64,000 bases of DNA from Rhina ancylostomus (Eukaryota): assembly GCA_030265395.1 (NCBI GenBank), contig JARFYF010000068.1:11123337-11187336 (forward strand), in the 5' to 3' direction. The notes beneath the pieces are model-generated. The model saw only the letters and a list, made by a program, of their open reading frames with translations. It was not told where the DNA came from and did not search any database. The position numbers and the translations under genes are program-made. Positions within the stretch are counted from its first letter, which is position 1; each line of letters begins with the position of its first letter. Positions 37,826-52,241 of this stretch are shown here, in pieces.

Positions 37826-39515
37826 CTGCATGAGACAAAACCAAGTTGAACATGTGTGACTGACAGAGAAAGAGGATTATTAATATTCAATGAGTGCGTA
37901 CGGTTTGGTGGATTATCGTCTCTGCTTTTGTTCAATCGTCCTGTTTGTATATTAATTATGCAGATTATAATATCAGAGATGAGAAATTGTTTTATCAGAC
38001 CTACCAAAAGTTGTTATTACAGCTGTACAAACAGAACAGTACAACAATAAGACTTATATACTTTGACACTATTCATCCAGTATTTATTGCGATGTGGAAA
38101 CGCCAAATCTGAAATTTAATCATTCGAAGAGTCATGATGATTTATGCTTTTTTGTTTGGGCGTAAATCTGCAGGGGGTGACGATTTTCCAAAGTTATTTA
38201 ATCTCAACCCCGTAAGAATCTTGCTTCGTCAGCAACTAAGTCAATTTTCCTGATCAACACCTGTCAGGTCAGATTCAAGGTCAGATAAGTGAAGGGCTGT
38301 CACGATAATTTATTTCACGATTCGGATCAGGACTGTTCAGGATCAGCGTTGTGTTTCCCACATAGATATATTGAAACTCGAAAATTTAGAGCTCCGAACT
38401 ATCTGTGCGGACCCAGCCCATTTCTCCAAGACGCTGTACAAATATACCACAACATCATGACTGCGAAAAACGTTCAAGCATTTGTAGACTTTGAAACTTC
38501 AGAAAGATATTTATCTTTTCTTTTTTTCTGATTTTGAAAGCACACTGGGAATTGGAAGTATGCATGTCATTGAAGTTATATTGGAATCGTGGCACTCAAA
38601 TAGTCAATTAACTCATCGGTTGTCTTTTATTTATGCAGGAACATTATCACAGTGTATATAAAGTCTATTTTATTCAGTGCAACTGCCAAATAAAACATGA
38701 CACCGTCATGTACCGATAGAAGGTGATAGATGCCTAAACCGCTTTTAAAGTGCCGCCATTCGAAAGAGTATTCAGAGGAACAGCAATAGTTAGAAGTTAA
38801 GGTTTAAGGAATGAATTTTGAGAGTTTTGCGACTAAATTACTCAAGACAACTTTGCATTTTCATGTCAATTAATATAATGGAAGAACAAATGGAGATAAT
38901 TGGATGAGAGCATACATATTTAAATCTTCTAGAGCTGCAGGAGGTTACGTTACAATGATATAGACAACTGAAGCCATTGTCGGATATTATACGAATTTGG
39001 TGCTACAGTTAGTTCTGCAACCACAGAGTAACTTGTGTTTCCTCCTGACCTGTGACACTCCTCACTGCAACCTGTTGGGCTATTCTAGTATTCTTGTAAG
39101 TCTAAAAGACCTCCTCGTAAGATAATTGCTTATCACAAAAATGTTTCTTCCTGTGTTGGTAGATGCTAAAATAATGTGTGGAGTTGATCGGTTTGTATGA
39201 GCGAGTAGATCACAGAAAACTTTATGACGGAATTGTATTGGTGGGATTGTTCTGAGAGCTAGTAAGGGCTATCTGAATCAAAGGGCGTCCTTCCATGTAA
39301 TCTGAAAATCGACGTGGTGCCGAAGCAAATTCTAATATTATTAGCGAGCGCACGATCGTTGGTTACACGGGACTGAGTGCAAGCTTATTTTTAGAAAATA
39401 TGTTTTCATAAGGCTAGATTTCATGAAGGATTAAACTGGGTGACGCTTTGTACTCTCCACAAGGCAAAGAACTACAGCACATCTAAAAGAGTAAAATGTA
39501 ATGACAACAACTTAC

Positions 39516-39585
39516 CCGGGATACCAACCGATGCCAAGAAAGGATAGTAAATAGCTGATATTTGAAAAATGATGGGGCGCTCCAT
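39516..39585 (-). CDS. GPCR C, exon 1 (MERPIIFQISAIYYPFLASVGIP)
   Basis: 70 nt, GTAAGT donor, phase 1. Confidence 0.9.
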
Positions 39586-39959
39586 TTTCAGAGATTTTGC
39601 TGCGTCGCAACTTGAATGGCACAGATATTAAGATACTGACACTTTGCCTTTTTATGCCCTATAGAAATCTCAAGTGTACACAATTATTCACATTAATTGC
39701 AGTTCTTGAACGAACAGTTGGGAAACAACTGAAGGAGGAAAGAACAGGTAATTCTTTCCATTGAACTGAAAAAAATGTTTTGTTAAATATGGAACAATGT
39801 TCCATTCATACTACTTCTATATTTTTGCTTCCATTGCACCAGTGCATTTTGTTCCTACAAAACTTCTTAAGTTGATTACATCCGCCACAATGACACAAAC
39901 TGTGTTTCATGAAATGATTGTATTTAGTAACATTATTCCAGTAGTTATCATGGACTTTT

Positions 39960-42110
39960 GGAGGGGTACAGCATAGAAATGAGCCATTTGGCTCACTACA
40001 TCCATGCCGAAAACTTCTCCCATTTGCACTAAAACCATTTTACCTCATTGGGACCTCTTATTTCCATGCCTTACATATTTAAGTCTGTCTGCTTTAAATC
40101 CTCTTAAACTAAATGATTGTATCTGATTGCACTACATCCTTGGGCAGCATATTTCAGATTTTAATCACTTTCCGTCTAAAACTCACCTCTCATATCACCT
40201 ATAAAGCACCTTCCTCTCGACTTCAACCTATTCCATCTTGTTTTGTTTCATACCCCATTATGGGTATAATAGTTTAACTATCTGCACCATCAATGCCTCT
40301 TATCTTATAAAATTCTACCAGGTCACCTTCAATATCCTTCGCCCCGAGAAAACAAACCCAGTCCATCAAATCTCTCCCCGCCTGGGCAAAATACCNNNNN
40401 NNNNNNNNNNNNNNNNNNNNNNNNNNNNNNNNNNNNNNNNNNNNNNNNNNNNNNNNNNNNNNNNNNNNNNNNNNNNNNNNNNNNNNNNNNNNNNNCTCCC
40501 CGCCTGGGCAAAATACCAGCGAATCTCCTCTGCATTCTTGCCAGTGAAGACACATACAGTATTTCCTGTAATAATCAATACTGCTAACAATACTCCGTGC
40601 CGCCTTAGCAGAGCTTTGTAACATAACATCTCACCACTTATACTCTATACCCTGACCTGTATAGAAATCACCCCAAATATCTTCGCCACAACTATTTTAG
40701 CTTTGTTGACACTTTCAGCGAACTATGGACTTGATCCCAAGGCCCATCGTTTGTAACGTTATACTGTCGTACTTCAAAATATTTGAAATAAAACAAACGT
40801 ATAGTTATTGTTTTTCTGTAGTGTTACACAGTTGGAGGACCTGCTGAAGGTGTGTAAATTCCCTTGTGTAAATTAGTTATTCTGTTAAAGTATATATAAA
40901 AAGGCATACGACAGGAAATAAATGACAAGCCAATCAGGGCAATATCTGTGGTCGGGAAGTTATTGTACAAAAGAAACCAGATTGATGGAATTAATATATA
41001 ATTGGAAAGGTAGGGATGAAGCGAAGATAGGCACCATGGGGGCAGTTTGTCGTATCTGTTCAAATGCAAAAAAATAGAATTACTAGATTAGTGCGGTTGA
41101 CATCGGCTACAATGCGTTCAATACGAAACTTCATGAGGTCACACAAGGCGAACTGGTTGAAAAGATTAGGACCCATGGGATCCAAGTTGGCAAGTTGGAT
41201 CCAAACTTGGGTTGGTAACAGAAGACGGATAGTGATGGTGGAGGATTTGTTTTCTGATTGGATATTTATGATCAGTTATTTATCATAGGGGTTAAGGACA
41301 GCATCGATGAGTTGGCGAGATTGGCCAAATAAAGGCAGAACAAATTTGATACTGATGAGTGCGAGTTGATGCATTTTTGAAGAATGGATAAGGCTCGGTC
41401 GTTCACAAAACATGGTGGGGCCTGAGGTAGTCGTGAGCAACATCGAGACATAGAAGTCCAGTGATATTAGAGAAGGTATTACAGGAAAATGTTGGTTCAG
41501 AAAGCATGCGGAATACTTGACTTCATCCCTAGGAAAGAAGTTATGGGTCAGTAAAGAACTGGTTAAGCACACATGTGGAGTTGTGGACAAATTTGGATAG
41601 ATTTTCTCGGAAAGACGTGCTTGCACCTGGGAGAATGTAGAAGTGATTATGGATGTTGCATGTGGTGGAACATTTCAGTTATGAGACTGAAAAGGCTGAC
41701 TTTGTTTTCCGTGGAACGGAGGAGGCTGAACGGGAAACAATGGAACGTGGATAGATGTCAGAAGTAAATATCGACTGGACAGCAATAAACTTTCCACCAC
41801 AGAAGAAGAGGGGGGAGTGGGCCTTACACCAGATGCAACAGTTTTAATGCAAAGGGTAGGAGGACAGAGGCGTCTGAGGAGTAACGCTTTTCATCCAAAG
41901 TTCATTGGAATCCGTAACGCACTGCCTGAGGCGGTGGTGGAGGAAAGTACTGTCAGAACATATATGGCGCATCTGGCTGATCTCGAGAATCGCAAAGGCA
42001 GTGAAGTTTACAGGCCAACTGCTGGAAAATGGGATTAGAATAAATAGGTATTCGATGGTCACGATGCATCTGGCTGGCTGAAGACATTGTCACTCCGCTC
42101 TATGACTCTA
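39960..42110. mobile_element. CR1-type LINE debris (minus fragment ~39960-40740, plus fragment ~40870-42110)
   Basis: GDLVEFYKI.RGID on -, LASWIQTWVGNRRRIVMVE on +, and a CR1-like 3' end (GGAAAATGGGATTAG...CTCTATGACTCTA). Confidence 0.65.
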
Positions 42111-44089
42111 AAGCTCCATGACGGTGTGAAAATAATGTAATCTGCCGCTCACATATGCTTGCTTGCATTTGTGGAATTAATTTGGTGAAATGCCTTAGGA
42201 TAACTTGAAACATCCGAATAGCTACTCGTGTCCACCAACCAGAGTGGTATGGATGCAACTTCAGGTATATAAAAATAACTTTACAATGACCGACGCTTTA
42301 TAACCGCTGAGAAAGATTGCCGGTGAGTTTTGTTAATTTCTCCTATTTTCTGATCCAGGAATCATGCAACGTAAAAAGAGCTGCAAGAGATTTCACATTT
42401 GTTTCTTTGTGTGGCTTGTCTTCCGGTCGGAGGAAGCCAACGGACAACAGTCAACGAAGAAATATGTTCAGGATAAGCCGTCGATTCCCTTCCCTCGCCT
42501 GACTGACAAGATAGGTGCTGCTGGCAAACAAGTATTGACAGTCCAAAGAAAATAAAGGACCTAGTAATTTTGCAAAAAAAGAACATAGCAAGACATCATA
42601 GTCACAGGAGAGTTTATTGTCATATGCACAAGTACATGCATGCAAAGGTGAAATGAAAAGCGTATTTGCAGCAGCATTACAGGCCCAAAGCAACACATTC
42701 AGAAGTAAAACATAATTTAAACATAACATCTACATATTTGCCACAAAGAACACAATTAGAACAAGCAAAAACACAAAGTCCACTTCGTACAAAGTGATCA
42801 CAGTGGTCATAATGTTGCTAAAGAGTCGTTAGGGTTTGCCGGTGGTTTCAAGAATTATTGCGCTTTCTGTTGATATTTGGATGTTATAACATATAATGCT
42901 GAAAATGGACCAAGGAATACCTACCTAGCTCAAAATTAATTACAAGTGTAAGCCTGAAATATACTTATGTCCAAGATTTCAGACTTTTTGCATGCACAAC
43001 ATTGGGAATTTTATTACCCTCAGACACCACAAGCTAAGAGAAATATCACAGAGTATGTAAATTTCATATCGAGCCCTGTCCACACAAAATCGGTGTGCAG
43101 TCGGGTGTGCGGAGGAGAGGATCACACGTACTGACACCATAGAATATGTGTAGATACTCTTATTGTTTCTCAAGTCTAACTCAAGTTCTTGCTGTCAGAA
43201 GTAAAACGAAGAATACAATGTCGTAATGACTACATGTTACCTTTTCTTATTTCATGTGAAGGAATCCAGTTTGAAGAGTTCTCCATGGAATTCTTCCATT
43301 CATTGGATTGCACAGTACACTTCCCGCCTTACTTCGTACTTTCTTTTCTGCACGTCTCTCTTGTCGCATGCCTGCAGCTTGAAATCAATTGGGAGAATTG
43401 TAGCTTCTGGCCGCGGAAGGATTTTCGTTACTATTGAATTTGTAGTGAAAAACTTCCAAATTTATGTTGAGCCTCATACACGGATCACTAAAATCTTAAA
43501 TGCCACCTATTTCATTACGATTACTGGAGCTTCACGTCCACTATATTCTCATTAAGTGGCGCTGAACTGAAAGACTGTCAATGAATTCGAATAATGTAAA
43601 TATGTCCAAAGCGTGACGGCGGATTATAAGTCACTTATTACTTCTGGCAATGATGAGTAGATGCAGCCTCATCCATGGCGAGAAAGGAAAAGTTAACGTT
43701 TCAGGTCAATTATTTTTCATTCGATGGAAGTTCGTTGAGATCAAACACGATCGTTTGAAATGTTACTTCTGTTTCAACACTCTGGAGATGCTGTCTGCCT
43801 GCGGAACACCATGAATTCTCGGCTTTTATTTCAGACGTGGGGCATCTGCTGTATTTCCCCTCTGTATTCTTGTCTCTTTGATTTTGTGGGGGCATGAAAA
43901 GCACTTCGGCTTTCGTTTTTGATCGATAACCTTTCATTAGAAAAATTCTGATGAAGGGTCATTAGTATGAATCTTCAATATCGCTTCCGAATATGTAGCC
44001 TGACATCCCGAGTACCTTTTTCCATCTCTGATTTTATTTCAGATGTCTTGAACATGCACTTAAAATATTCATGCCAAAACTCATCAACT

Positions 44090-44990
44090 ACTTTGTATCA
44101 TGCATAGTGCACTTATTCCCATCCAAACTCTTATAATTCCGGATAAGTTCACTGCAGCATCCTGTTGTGATTTCTGAATAACTGGTGAGATCTGTGCTGG
44201 AACTGCAGACACTTCCATAGATGTCAGGTGAGGTACGTCATCATTGTTATTACTGAGTAGCTTGTGATTATGTGCCAGTTCCGTCACAGAGGGCTTTCGT
44301 GTGCTCCAGATGCATGGACACATGGTTAGCAATTTTCACCGAAATCCGCCTTCTCCACTTTATGGGTATTGTTGGCTTGATTATTCTGGTAACAACATGT
44401 ATCTGACGTGGCCTATCTAAAAGAAGCAACGGGGTTTTATCAGGGTTTGATTACTCTTTGTTGCTTGAAAGAGGAAATTCACATTGGTTCACTTCTCCTT
44501 CTGCTAACCTTGAAGTAATTAACGAAGCAATGGTTGATGGTATCTCTCCAGCTTCTTGATGCTTCTCTTGCTTGTCGTGCAGGTTTCAGAAGCATAGAAG
44601 AATATGGGGTCACTGCTGCCCTTTCAACAGTGTGTTTTGACCCAGGTCCAACCTATGGTTTTCCAAACACACAATCAACAAATTGCCATGCTGGCTCATT
44701 GAAGGCAAAGGTGAATATCCGAAAGGCACTTTTCTTCACTGAGATGTGGTCCCTGAGGCATCGGAAGTAGTTTGCAGTTTCAAGGGTTTCACCATGAGCC
44801 CTGTGTATCAGAGAACAGTCTCGTGTACCCAGCCAGGCTGGTAGAGAGTTTTTGTCTTGTTGAGAGAAAATCTCATCCTCTTTGCTGGTACAGCCTGTAC
44901 CAGAATCTGAAGCTGCCCCACATCTACAGCGACACAGGATCAATTGTGGCATTTGGCGCACCAAGAACGGAAATTCTTTAACCACTCTAA
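44090..44990 (-). mobile_element. Decayed RTE-clade LINE fragment
   Basis: Minus strand gives GETLETANYFRCL and FYASETCTTSKRSIKKLERYHQ, resembling the RTE ORF C-terminal LE.V..F.YLG and LLY.SETW...LE..HQRCLR motifs. Confidence 0.6.
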
Positions 44991-45127
44991 ATTATGTCTG
45001 AGTCTAGAAAAGTGGTAAAAAAACTAAAGAAGTTACATTAAGAGGCATGACAGGAAATGGTTCTGAGGAAATTAGTCGGAGAGCGGGATTGATTGGGGTT
45101 CCCTGAGAGCGATTTATGACTCTTTTA

Positions 45128-45186
<59 letters not shown>
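45128..45186. repeat. (TC)n microsatellite
   Basis: Directly visible. Confidence 0.95.
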
Positions 45187-45190
<4 letters not shown>

Positions 45191-47184
45191 ATATGAATAT
45201 ACGTGGTAAAAAGTTTCTGAAAAAAATGTTGGACCAGTGACACAGCTTTAATAGCTCCAATATGCCCTGAAATCGGCTGTTGTGTACCCTATGGTTTGGA
45301 TCATGATTTGCCTATCATGAAAAAGCAGACGTAAGATGGAAAAGATTTTCTATGGGCATCTAAATTTGAGGATTGTGTCGAACGGGCTCCCACGGATGAT
45401 GAAGGACTTTAGTCAGGCTGAAAATGGAAAATTTATTGTTTCAGCTGAATGATCCATGTTATATGGAATTGTTGTGGAGTGAAAATCATCTGCGCTGCGC
45501 TTTCGGACAGACAGTGCAACTTGGGGGTGGGTGAGAAACTTTTTTTCTGTTGACTATCGTCTTTTTCCTTGAAATGTGCATACGATGTCCAGAATCCCAC
45601 CAACTGTATTCTTTTCCGTGTCAATACCTTGTCCAAATAGTCCATGTTCTGCCTTAGCCAAAATGATGCCTTGATCCATTAAGCGTACAATCTTTCAAAT
45701 AATTATCGACACCGATTTGCTTAATTAATTGAACAGATCTTAGTCCAGGCCCACAANNNNNNNNNNNNNNNNNNNNNNNNNNNNNNNNNNNNNNNNNNNN
45801 NNNNNNNNNNNNNNNNNNNNNNNNNNNNNNNNNNNNNNNNNNNNNNNNNNNNNNNNACAATTTTAATGTTTGATAGCTGGAACTGTTCGCAAAATATCCT
45901 TCATTCTAGCGTTAGAGCTAACGTGAACCAGAGTCACCGATGGTTTGTTCGTGTTTTTTAAAAGATATTAACATTTACTGTTAATTCAAGCAAACTGAGA
46001 CACAGTGGGCGAAATTACTGGATGCAGAGAGAATTTTACATCCAGCTATTGAATGTGAAAATGTCATTGCACTAAGTGGCAGCGTCAGGTTCCACCCTTT
46101 ATCATGTCTTTGGAACAGTTTTGCTGCGATCCAGGGTACCAAAAACATGTTTCGTCATGGATACATTCTCTGAATACCCTTTCACCAATATAGCCAGGAC
46201 TAAGATTTAACTTTAGTTGTCTTGATCCTCAGATTCACAACAGCACACTGCATTTCCAGGCGAGATACTTGCTTTAATATACAACAAAGAGCAAAGCTCG
46301 AAATCTGATGACATCTGTTCCTTGAGCGCCTCATCTTCGGCCTCTCATCGCAGCTTTTAATTACTGAATTGCTGTCCAGTTATCCTGGCATATTGCAAGC
46401 ACAGCAGTAACAATTCATTCAAATTGGAGATGACATATCCCTCTTTCGAAAGACATTAGGATATGAAATAACTCACCCTGTTTTATCGGGGCACGTGGAA
46501 GCAATGGAAATTGGGTCTTGGATGTGGGATGGAAAATTAACCATGACCTTTCTGGAACAGCGAATTGCTGAGACTTATTCAGGTCCATATTTCTCATGTC
46601 CTTATGTTTTCATTATTTCTTCGCCTCTCATGATTGTTTTTGTTTGCTTAGGTCGAAGAAAGGCAATTGCTGGCAGTTACATAGAAATCTTGCAGAAAAC
46701 ACGTCGATCCCGTTTTCAACAACGATCGCGTGAAAAAAGGCTTAAATGCTAGTAAAACAAACAACATATATTAAATAAAGGAAAATAGGAATTGGTCAGG
46801 ACAAGCAATGGCCCGATGGACGTTTTTTCTAAAACCTCCCAAAATAAAATCGGATGAAATGATCAGCTTGTGAACACTCAGTGGAGGAAGTCGCCTTCCC
46901 TATTCACTTATGTAACTGATGAGCGATGAAGCAGGGGCATGTGCGGCATATACTGGATATTCAATGAGTCCCCTATTTTGAAGCATGTTTTGAATATCGA
47001 GGGATGAAATACGAGGGAATTTTATCTTCAAGAAGATTGTAAAATGGACAATTCCGGTTTAGTCAATATATTAATTATTTAATTTGATATTCTTCCCCAT
47101 TTCAATACAAGGGAGAAATATTGAAGTTTAAATTCGACATGATGTCCCTTTAACAAGTTCTCTTCATTTCCCGTTTGTTTTAAA

Positions 47185-48104
47185 TTACTTGAAACATTTC
47201 GACTTAAATGCATGGCTTATCAGATTTGGTAAACGACTAATCACTTTTTTCAGCTCATCCCTGAACTTAGTTTGAGAAACTGCATAAATAAAAGTATTCG
47301 TGCAAGAACTTAATACACTAAGCATGTAGCCAGATTCTTCCATAATGGTGAACGGGCTGTGGTAACTTGATTCCAAAAACTGATCGTCTGTAAATTGTAC
47401 ATATACATAAGATATGAATGTTACGAACCACAGAAGTATAAAATTGCCAGATATGGCGAGTAATAAAATTATAGATTTCCTTCTGTTTTCCGTCTCTGGA
47501 TCGTTGTGTTTCTCACAGTTCATGCTTCCTCGGAGTCCCTTTCTGACTCTGTTTGCGAGTAATATGTGCCAGATTGTAAGGGCATTGAGCAGTAAAATCA
47601 AAATAAAGGGAATAAAGGGGGTTAAAATAGTTCTCAACCACATTAATGCTTTCCACATAGGTGAAGTATAGAAGCTTGGTTTTACATAGCACGACCACGG
47701 TACGTTGTTGATTATTTCTCGATGTTCATACACAAAGTTGACTGGAACACTGTGCAAAATGCACAGTAGACACACCACTGATATGACAACAGTCGCAATA
47801 TTTTCAGTGCAATATTTTCTTCTCAGCTTTTGACAACAAATTGCGACAAATCGATCAAAGGTGAATGCGACGGTTAACCAGACAGAACAATCAATGGAAG
47901 CGAAAATCAAGGCAAGATTCAATTTGCAAATGGGAGTGTAGTTCAGGAATGAATACGGGAAGTACGCATCTTTAATTTCATACAAGATTACGTCACTTAT
48001 CAGGACCAGAAGATCTGCTACTGCCATGGACACCAGATAAAGAATGATGCATTTGGACAGTCCACATGCTCCACGAGAGAGAACCAGAATTGTCACCACG
48101 TTAG
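47185..48104 (-). CDS. GPR139/142-like GPCR D, exon 2 (spliced protein 329 aa)
   Basis: TATTCAG acceptor, phase 1. NVVTILVLSRG, MAVADLLV, SVWLTVAFTFDRFVAI, DPETENRRKSIILL, CTNTFIYA; intact. Confidence 0.92.
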
Positions 48105-49613
48105 CTGAATAGATTAGAAATATGCCGTTATATTCCTTGTTCATAAAGGAGGGATGACAAAATATAGTTAAATGCATCGGTATGGACGGACGTTCCATTT
48201 GTTTATCAACAGTCACTCCCAGCAATTTTCATTTCAGCGAAGGCTGAAGTCTGTCGAGGTAGCAGTTCATATAATCCAATAATAATGCTTATTTTCTTCT
48301 TAGAATAAAATTGGCACCTTACCAGAAGTATAACACAGATGATAATTCAGATCCCTGATGCAGGTTGTCCACCAGAAACCACAACTTACATACTTTGCCT
48401 CCACAGATACTCTTTGTCCAACTCAATTTTTAGCGTGCATTTGTTCTAGATTCAATAACTTCTAGTCTCCTTTGTATAGATTAAAATGATATTGTTTCGC
48501 TCTTCTATAGAAATAATTCTGTCAAGCCTGCACAGCTCAGCATTATTTTTGTTCTGGTGTGATTTTTTAAAAAAATTGACAATTGACTGTTACAGTAAAA
48601 TGGACTCTTGACCTCACTGTCTACCTTATTATGGGCTTGCACCTTATTGTCTGCTTGCTCTGCACTTATAGCTGCAACAATATATTCGGCATTCTGTTCT
48701 TGTTTTCTCTTGTACTTCGTCAATGCACTGTTGGAGGGAAATGATCTGCATAGATTGCATTAAGAACGGAGTTTTTTTCACTATACCTCCGTAGATGTGA
48801 CAATAATAAATCAATTTCCCTAATTTGTTTTTAATAATGTATGGACATTTTCGCTAATATTTGTCTTTCTCTGCCCCTACTCGTAAGAATACAATATATG
48901 TCGTATTTTTCCGTGAAGTNNNNNNNNNNNNNNNNNNNNNNNNNNNNNNNNNNNNNNTAACGAAAAATGACAGGAATGTGTCACAGCAAGTAATTTGGAG
49001 CGTAGGAAACTAAGCGCTGACCATATAGTGGCATACAAATATATATAAAGGTTTAGATAAAATGGACCGTCACATGCTTTTGTCCAGAGCACAAGGATCG
49101 AAAGCTGAAGGACAAAGGATTAAATTGACATGCGAAAGATATAAAAGGTACACAATGAGCAACGTTTTCCCGCAGAGGATAGTACGTATACTGAATGACC
49201 TGCATGGTGAGACGTTACAATTACAATATTTAAAAGAAATTTGGACAAGTACATGGAGTCTTAAGAGGGTCATGGAATAAATGTAGGCAAATGCAACCAG
49301 CTTGGTTAGACTTATTGGTCAGAATGGGCCAAAGGGTCCGTCTCCTTGCTATCGAACTCCATGACGACATGACGGAGCAGAGGGGAAAACGACAGAGAAA
49401 ACGAGTTTGGAACATTACAGAGATTTTCACTTACCCTAATGTTAAAACGTCCAAGAAATTTGGAGTATATCTTTCCGTTTATAAAAATAACGGCAAGTAT
49501 TTGTTAATTCCATCAACATTTTCAAGCCAAACATTAGATTCTCTGTCAGACCAATAACAGTGAAACGGATATTTTTTTCCAAAAGATCACGATAAATATT
49601 ACTAGTTACTTAC

Positions 49614-49683
49614 CAGGGACACCAATAATGGCAAGAATGGGATAATAAATGTCTGCTACCTGAATAATTATTGGTCTTTCCAT
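49614..49683 (-). CDS. GPCR D, exon 1 (MERPIIIQVADIYYPILAIIGVP)
   Basis: 70 nt, GTAAGT donor, phase 1. Confidence 0.9.
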
Positions 49684-49741
49684 ATGGCCTCAGCGACTGG
49701 AGTGATGAACACACAGATTATAGTTCGACGGATGCAACTTC

Positions 49742-49783
49742 TATTTATGTCAAAGGAGATATCCACGTGTACACGGTAATTGG
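49742..49783 (-). promoter_or_regulatory. CCAAT plus TATA-like (CATAAATA) promoter candidate for GPCR D
   Basis: CATAAATA at 49742-49749 and CCAAT at 49779-49783 on -; arrangement similar to gene E. Confidence 0.45.
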
Positions 49784-52241
49784 TTACAATTATTCAACAA
49801 AGCACTCAAAACACAGCAATATGAGTCGAAAATGTACGTAATCTTTTCCAGTGGATTTCACAAACTATAATATTCCCGGGGGATTATTGTTATATTTAGA
49901 TTGAATGTTTTAAACACGGCTTCTGTACAAATAGCGCACCAAAGGTTTATTTTATAGCACTCTGTTGTAATGTCATGGCCCATTGAAAAAAATAGACGTT
50001 TAAATTTAATAAATTTAACATACTTCTTTATTATTTTTCCCTGACCTGTGGTGGTGTCTAGTATCATTATGCGTAGCACAGGATTTAGCGCTGTTACGTC
50101 ACACTTGCATAAATCTGGCTTCGATCTTGTTGTTGCTCCTGTGGAATTGTCGCATTCTCCATATGACAGCTTGAGTTTAACTCGGTTGCTGTGGTTACTT
50201 CTCACATGCCAATGTTCGGCTCGTTGCTAGGTTATGTAGCTGCTGTAAATTTCTTCTGAAAGGCCTGTTTCGCCTTGCATTTACCAGATTAAAGAAACAA
50301 TCTGACATTGCAAAGTACTTTACAATTTGTAATGGATTGGGAACATAACTTAATTAACGAGGAATGCTGTAACAGTTATATAATTTAATGAATTGTCCAT
50401 GTGTTGAGATATGTATATACTAAAACCTTAGCCGTTGCAGGAATCAGTATACCCGGCTCCCATTGACTCCCTATTGACATAAGATGGATAGTATTTCTGA
50501 TGTACTTGATTCTGTTAGATGCAAGGCGAGAATAAACTGCATTCTCACTCTGTTGCCGTTCAACTCAGATTTGAAAATGGAATGCGTCCCTTACTTATTA
50601 AATTCTGCAAAGGCACAACCTTGCACAGGCTGCAGAATAATTCTATCATCAAAATTTTCTGCAATAATGATTGAACTCACATGCATCACTAAAAATATTG
50701 TTTCGGCCAGAGGTCAGACCATATCACTCAGTCCGAGCCGGGAATGTATACTCAGGCAAGTATTTGTCTGGGCATATTCAATCAGTGTCAAGATTGCAAT
50801 CCTTTTTTTACGTTTGTCTCTATTTGGATGTCAATTTTAACAGAAGTCAGTGGAGTTGTCAAACGTATTGAGTTACGTCAATACTTGGACTCTCTAGCTC
50901 TGCAGAAAGCATTGAATACATTACTTACATCGTCTCGATTTTCCAGATGGCTGGAAATGTTGTTGTTAATGTTAATTCTCTTCGACAGAGAATATAACCA
51001 TAAATTGAAAACGAAGAAAGAAAAACAAAGAATAGAAAATACTAATGAAGAAACACGGGAAAGAGAGACCAACAGATCAGACAGCACCCATAGAAAGAGG
51101 TACAGTTAACTTTAAGGCCCCAGTCACCTAATCATAATTCCAGATAATCAGACTCTTCATTACATCTACGGATTCGCACAATGCATTACTATCAATATGT
51201 GGCCAACATTTATCTTCTGAGAGAGCAGTGAAAGGAAAATAATTCATGACACGAGGTAGGATATTACCACAATGACGCGTAGTCACAAGATTTAAATTTC
51301 GACAAGTTCAGTCAAATAGTGAGAACTAGCTATAGTGATTGAGATAGGCTGAATGAATCAGGAATGGGATCAGGACTCTTGCATGATAGATTCTGTCATC
51401 CATTCGTCTTCCTTTAGTACGAAGTGGCGTTTGGTTTCAGATTTTCTTGACTGGTGCCAAGATTATCTGTCGAGAATGGAGCATAGATTTGGTGAAATAT
51501 ACATGATACTGCAAACTGACAAGGAAGGATATTTAATTTCAAGTCAGAATCCTGCTTGTCCTCATATGTTAAAAACACTCCACAGGAAGTTGAAAAGTCA
51601 ATAAGGTGTTAGTGATTTTCTTTCAAAGAGAATGAACTGAGAGACGTAGCTTAATGATGCCATTCTACATGTTCCTTCCAACGGGGTGCACGGAACGCCA
51701 GAATGCATCTTCGAGCACAGAGCAGGATGCTCCGTTGTCTACATTGTATATTATCTGCGATCAATAGTATGCAATGAAGTTTGGAATGCGGATCTGTACT
51801 AGATAGAGATGAAAATTGATAACCTGATTTAACCAGACACATGGGATACTGATCTTCATCTGATAATCAAAAGCACAGTTAGAGTTTTAAAGGCTTGGAG
51901 AGATTGAGTCACTTTATGCTATCAGGAGACACATTGCAGGTTACATGGTAATGATTGATACTGAATTTTAAAGGCAGAATAACTACCAATCTGTTGCCAA
52001 CCGGCAAAATTTCATATATGAAATTAAGTTCTGTGCTTTGGATAGCCATGTTAGTGAGAGAAAAATAAAACATGAAGCCAAGGCAAGAAATAAAGTCCTG
52101 ATGAAGAATCTCGAATCGAAACGTGGATCATCTTTTAATGCTACAGATGCTGCCTGACCGACTGAGTTCCTTCAGCAGCTTGCATTTTCCTCACTCCAGG
52201 CCGCTGCATAGTCTCTTGTGTCTGCAAGTTGGAAATATAAT

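Noticed and set aside
40375-40517. Direct repeat CTCCCCGCCTGGGCAAAATACC on both sides of a gap
   Set aside because: Looks like contig-end overlap within a CR1 remnant, not a CRISPR-like or biological repeat.
50484-51604. Several 80-120 aa ORFs between GPCR D and E
   Set aside because: No recognisable motifs, splice structure or paralogy; expected by chance.
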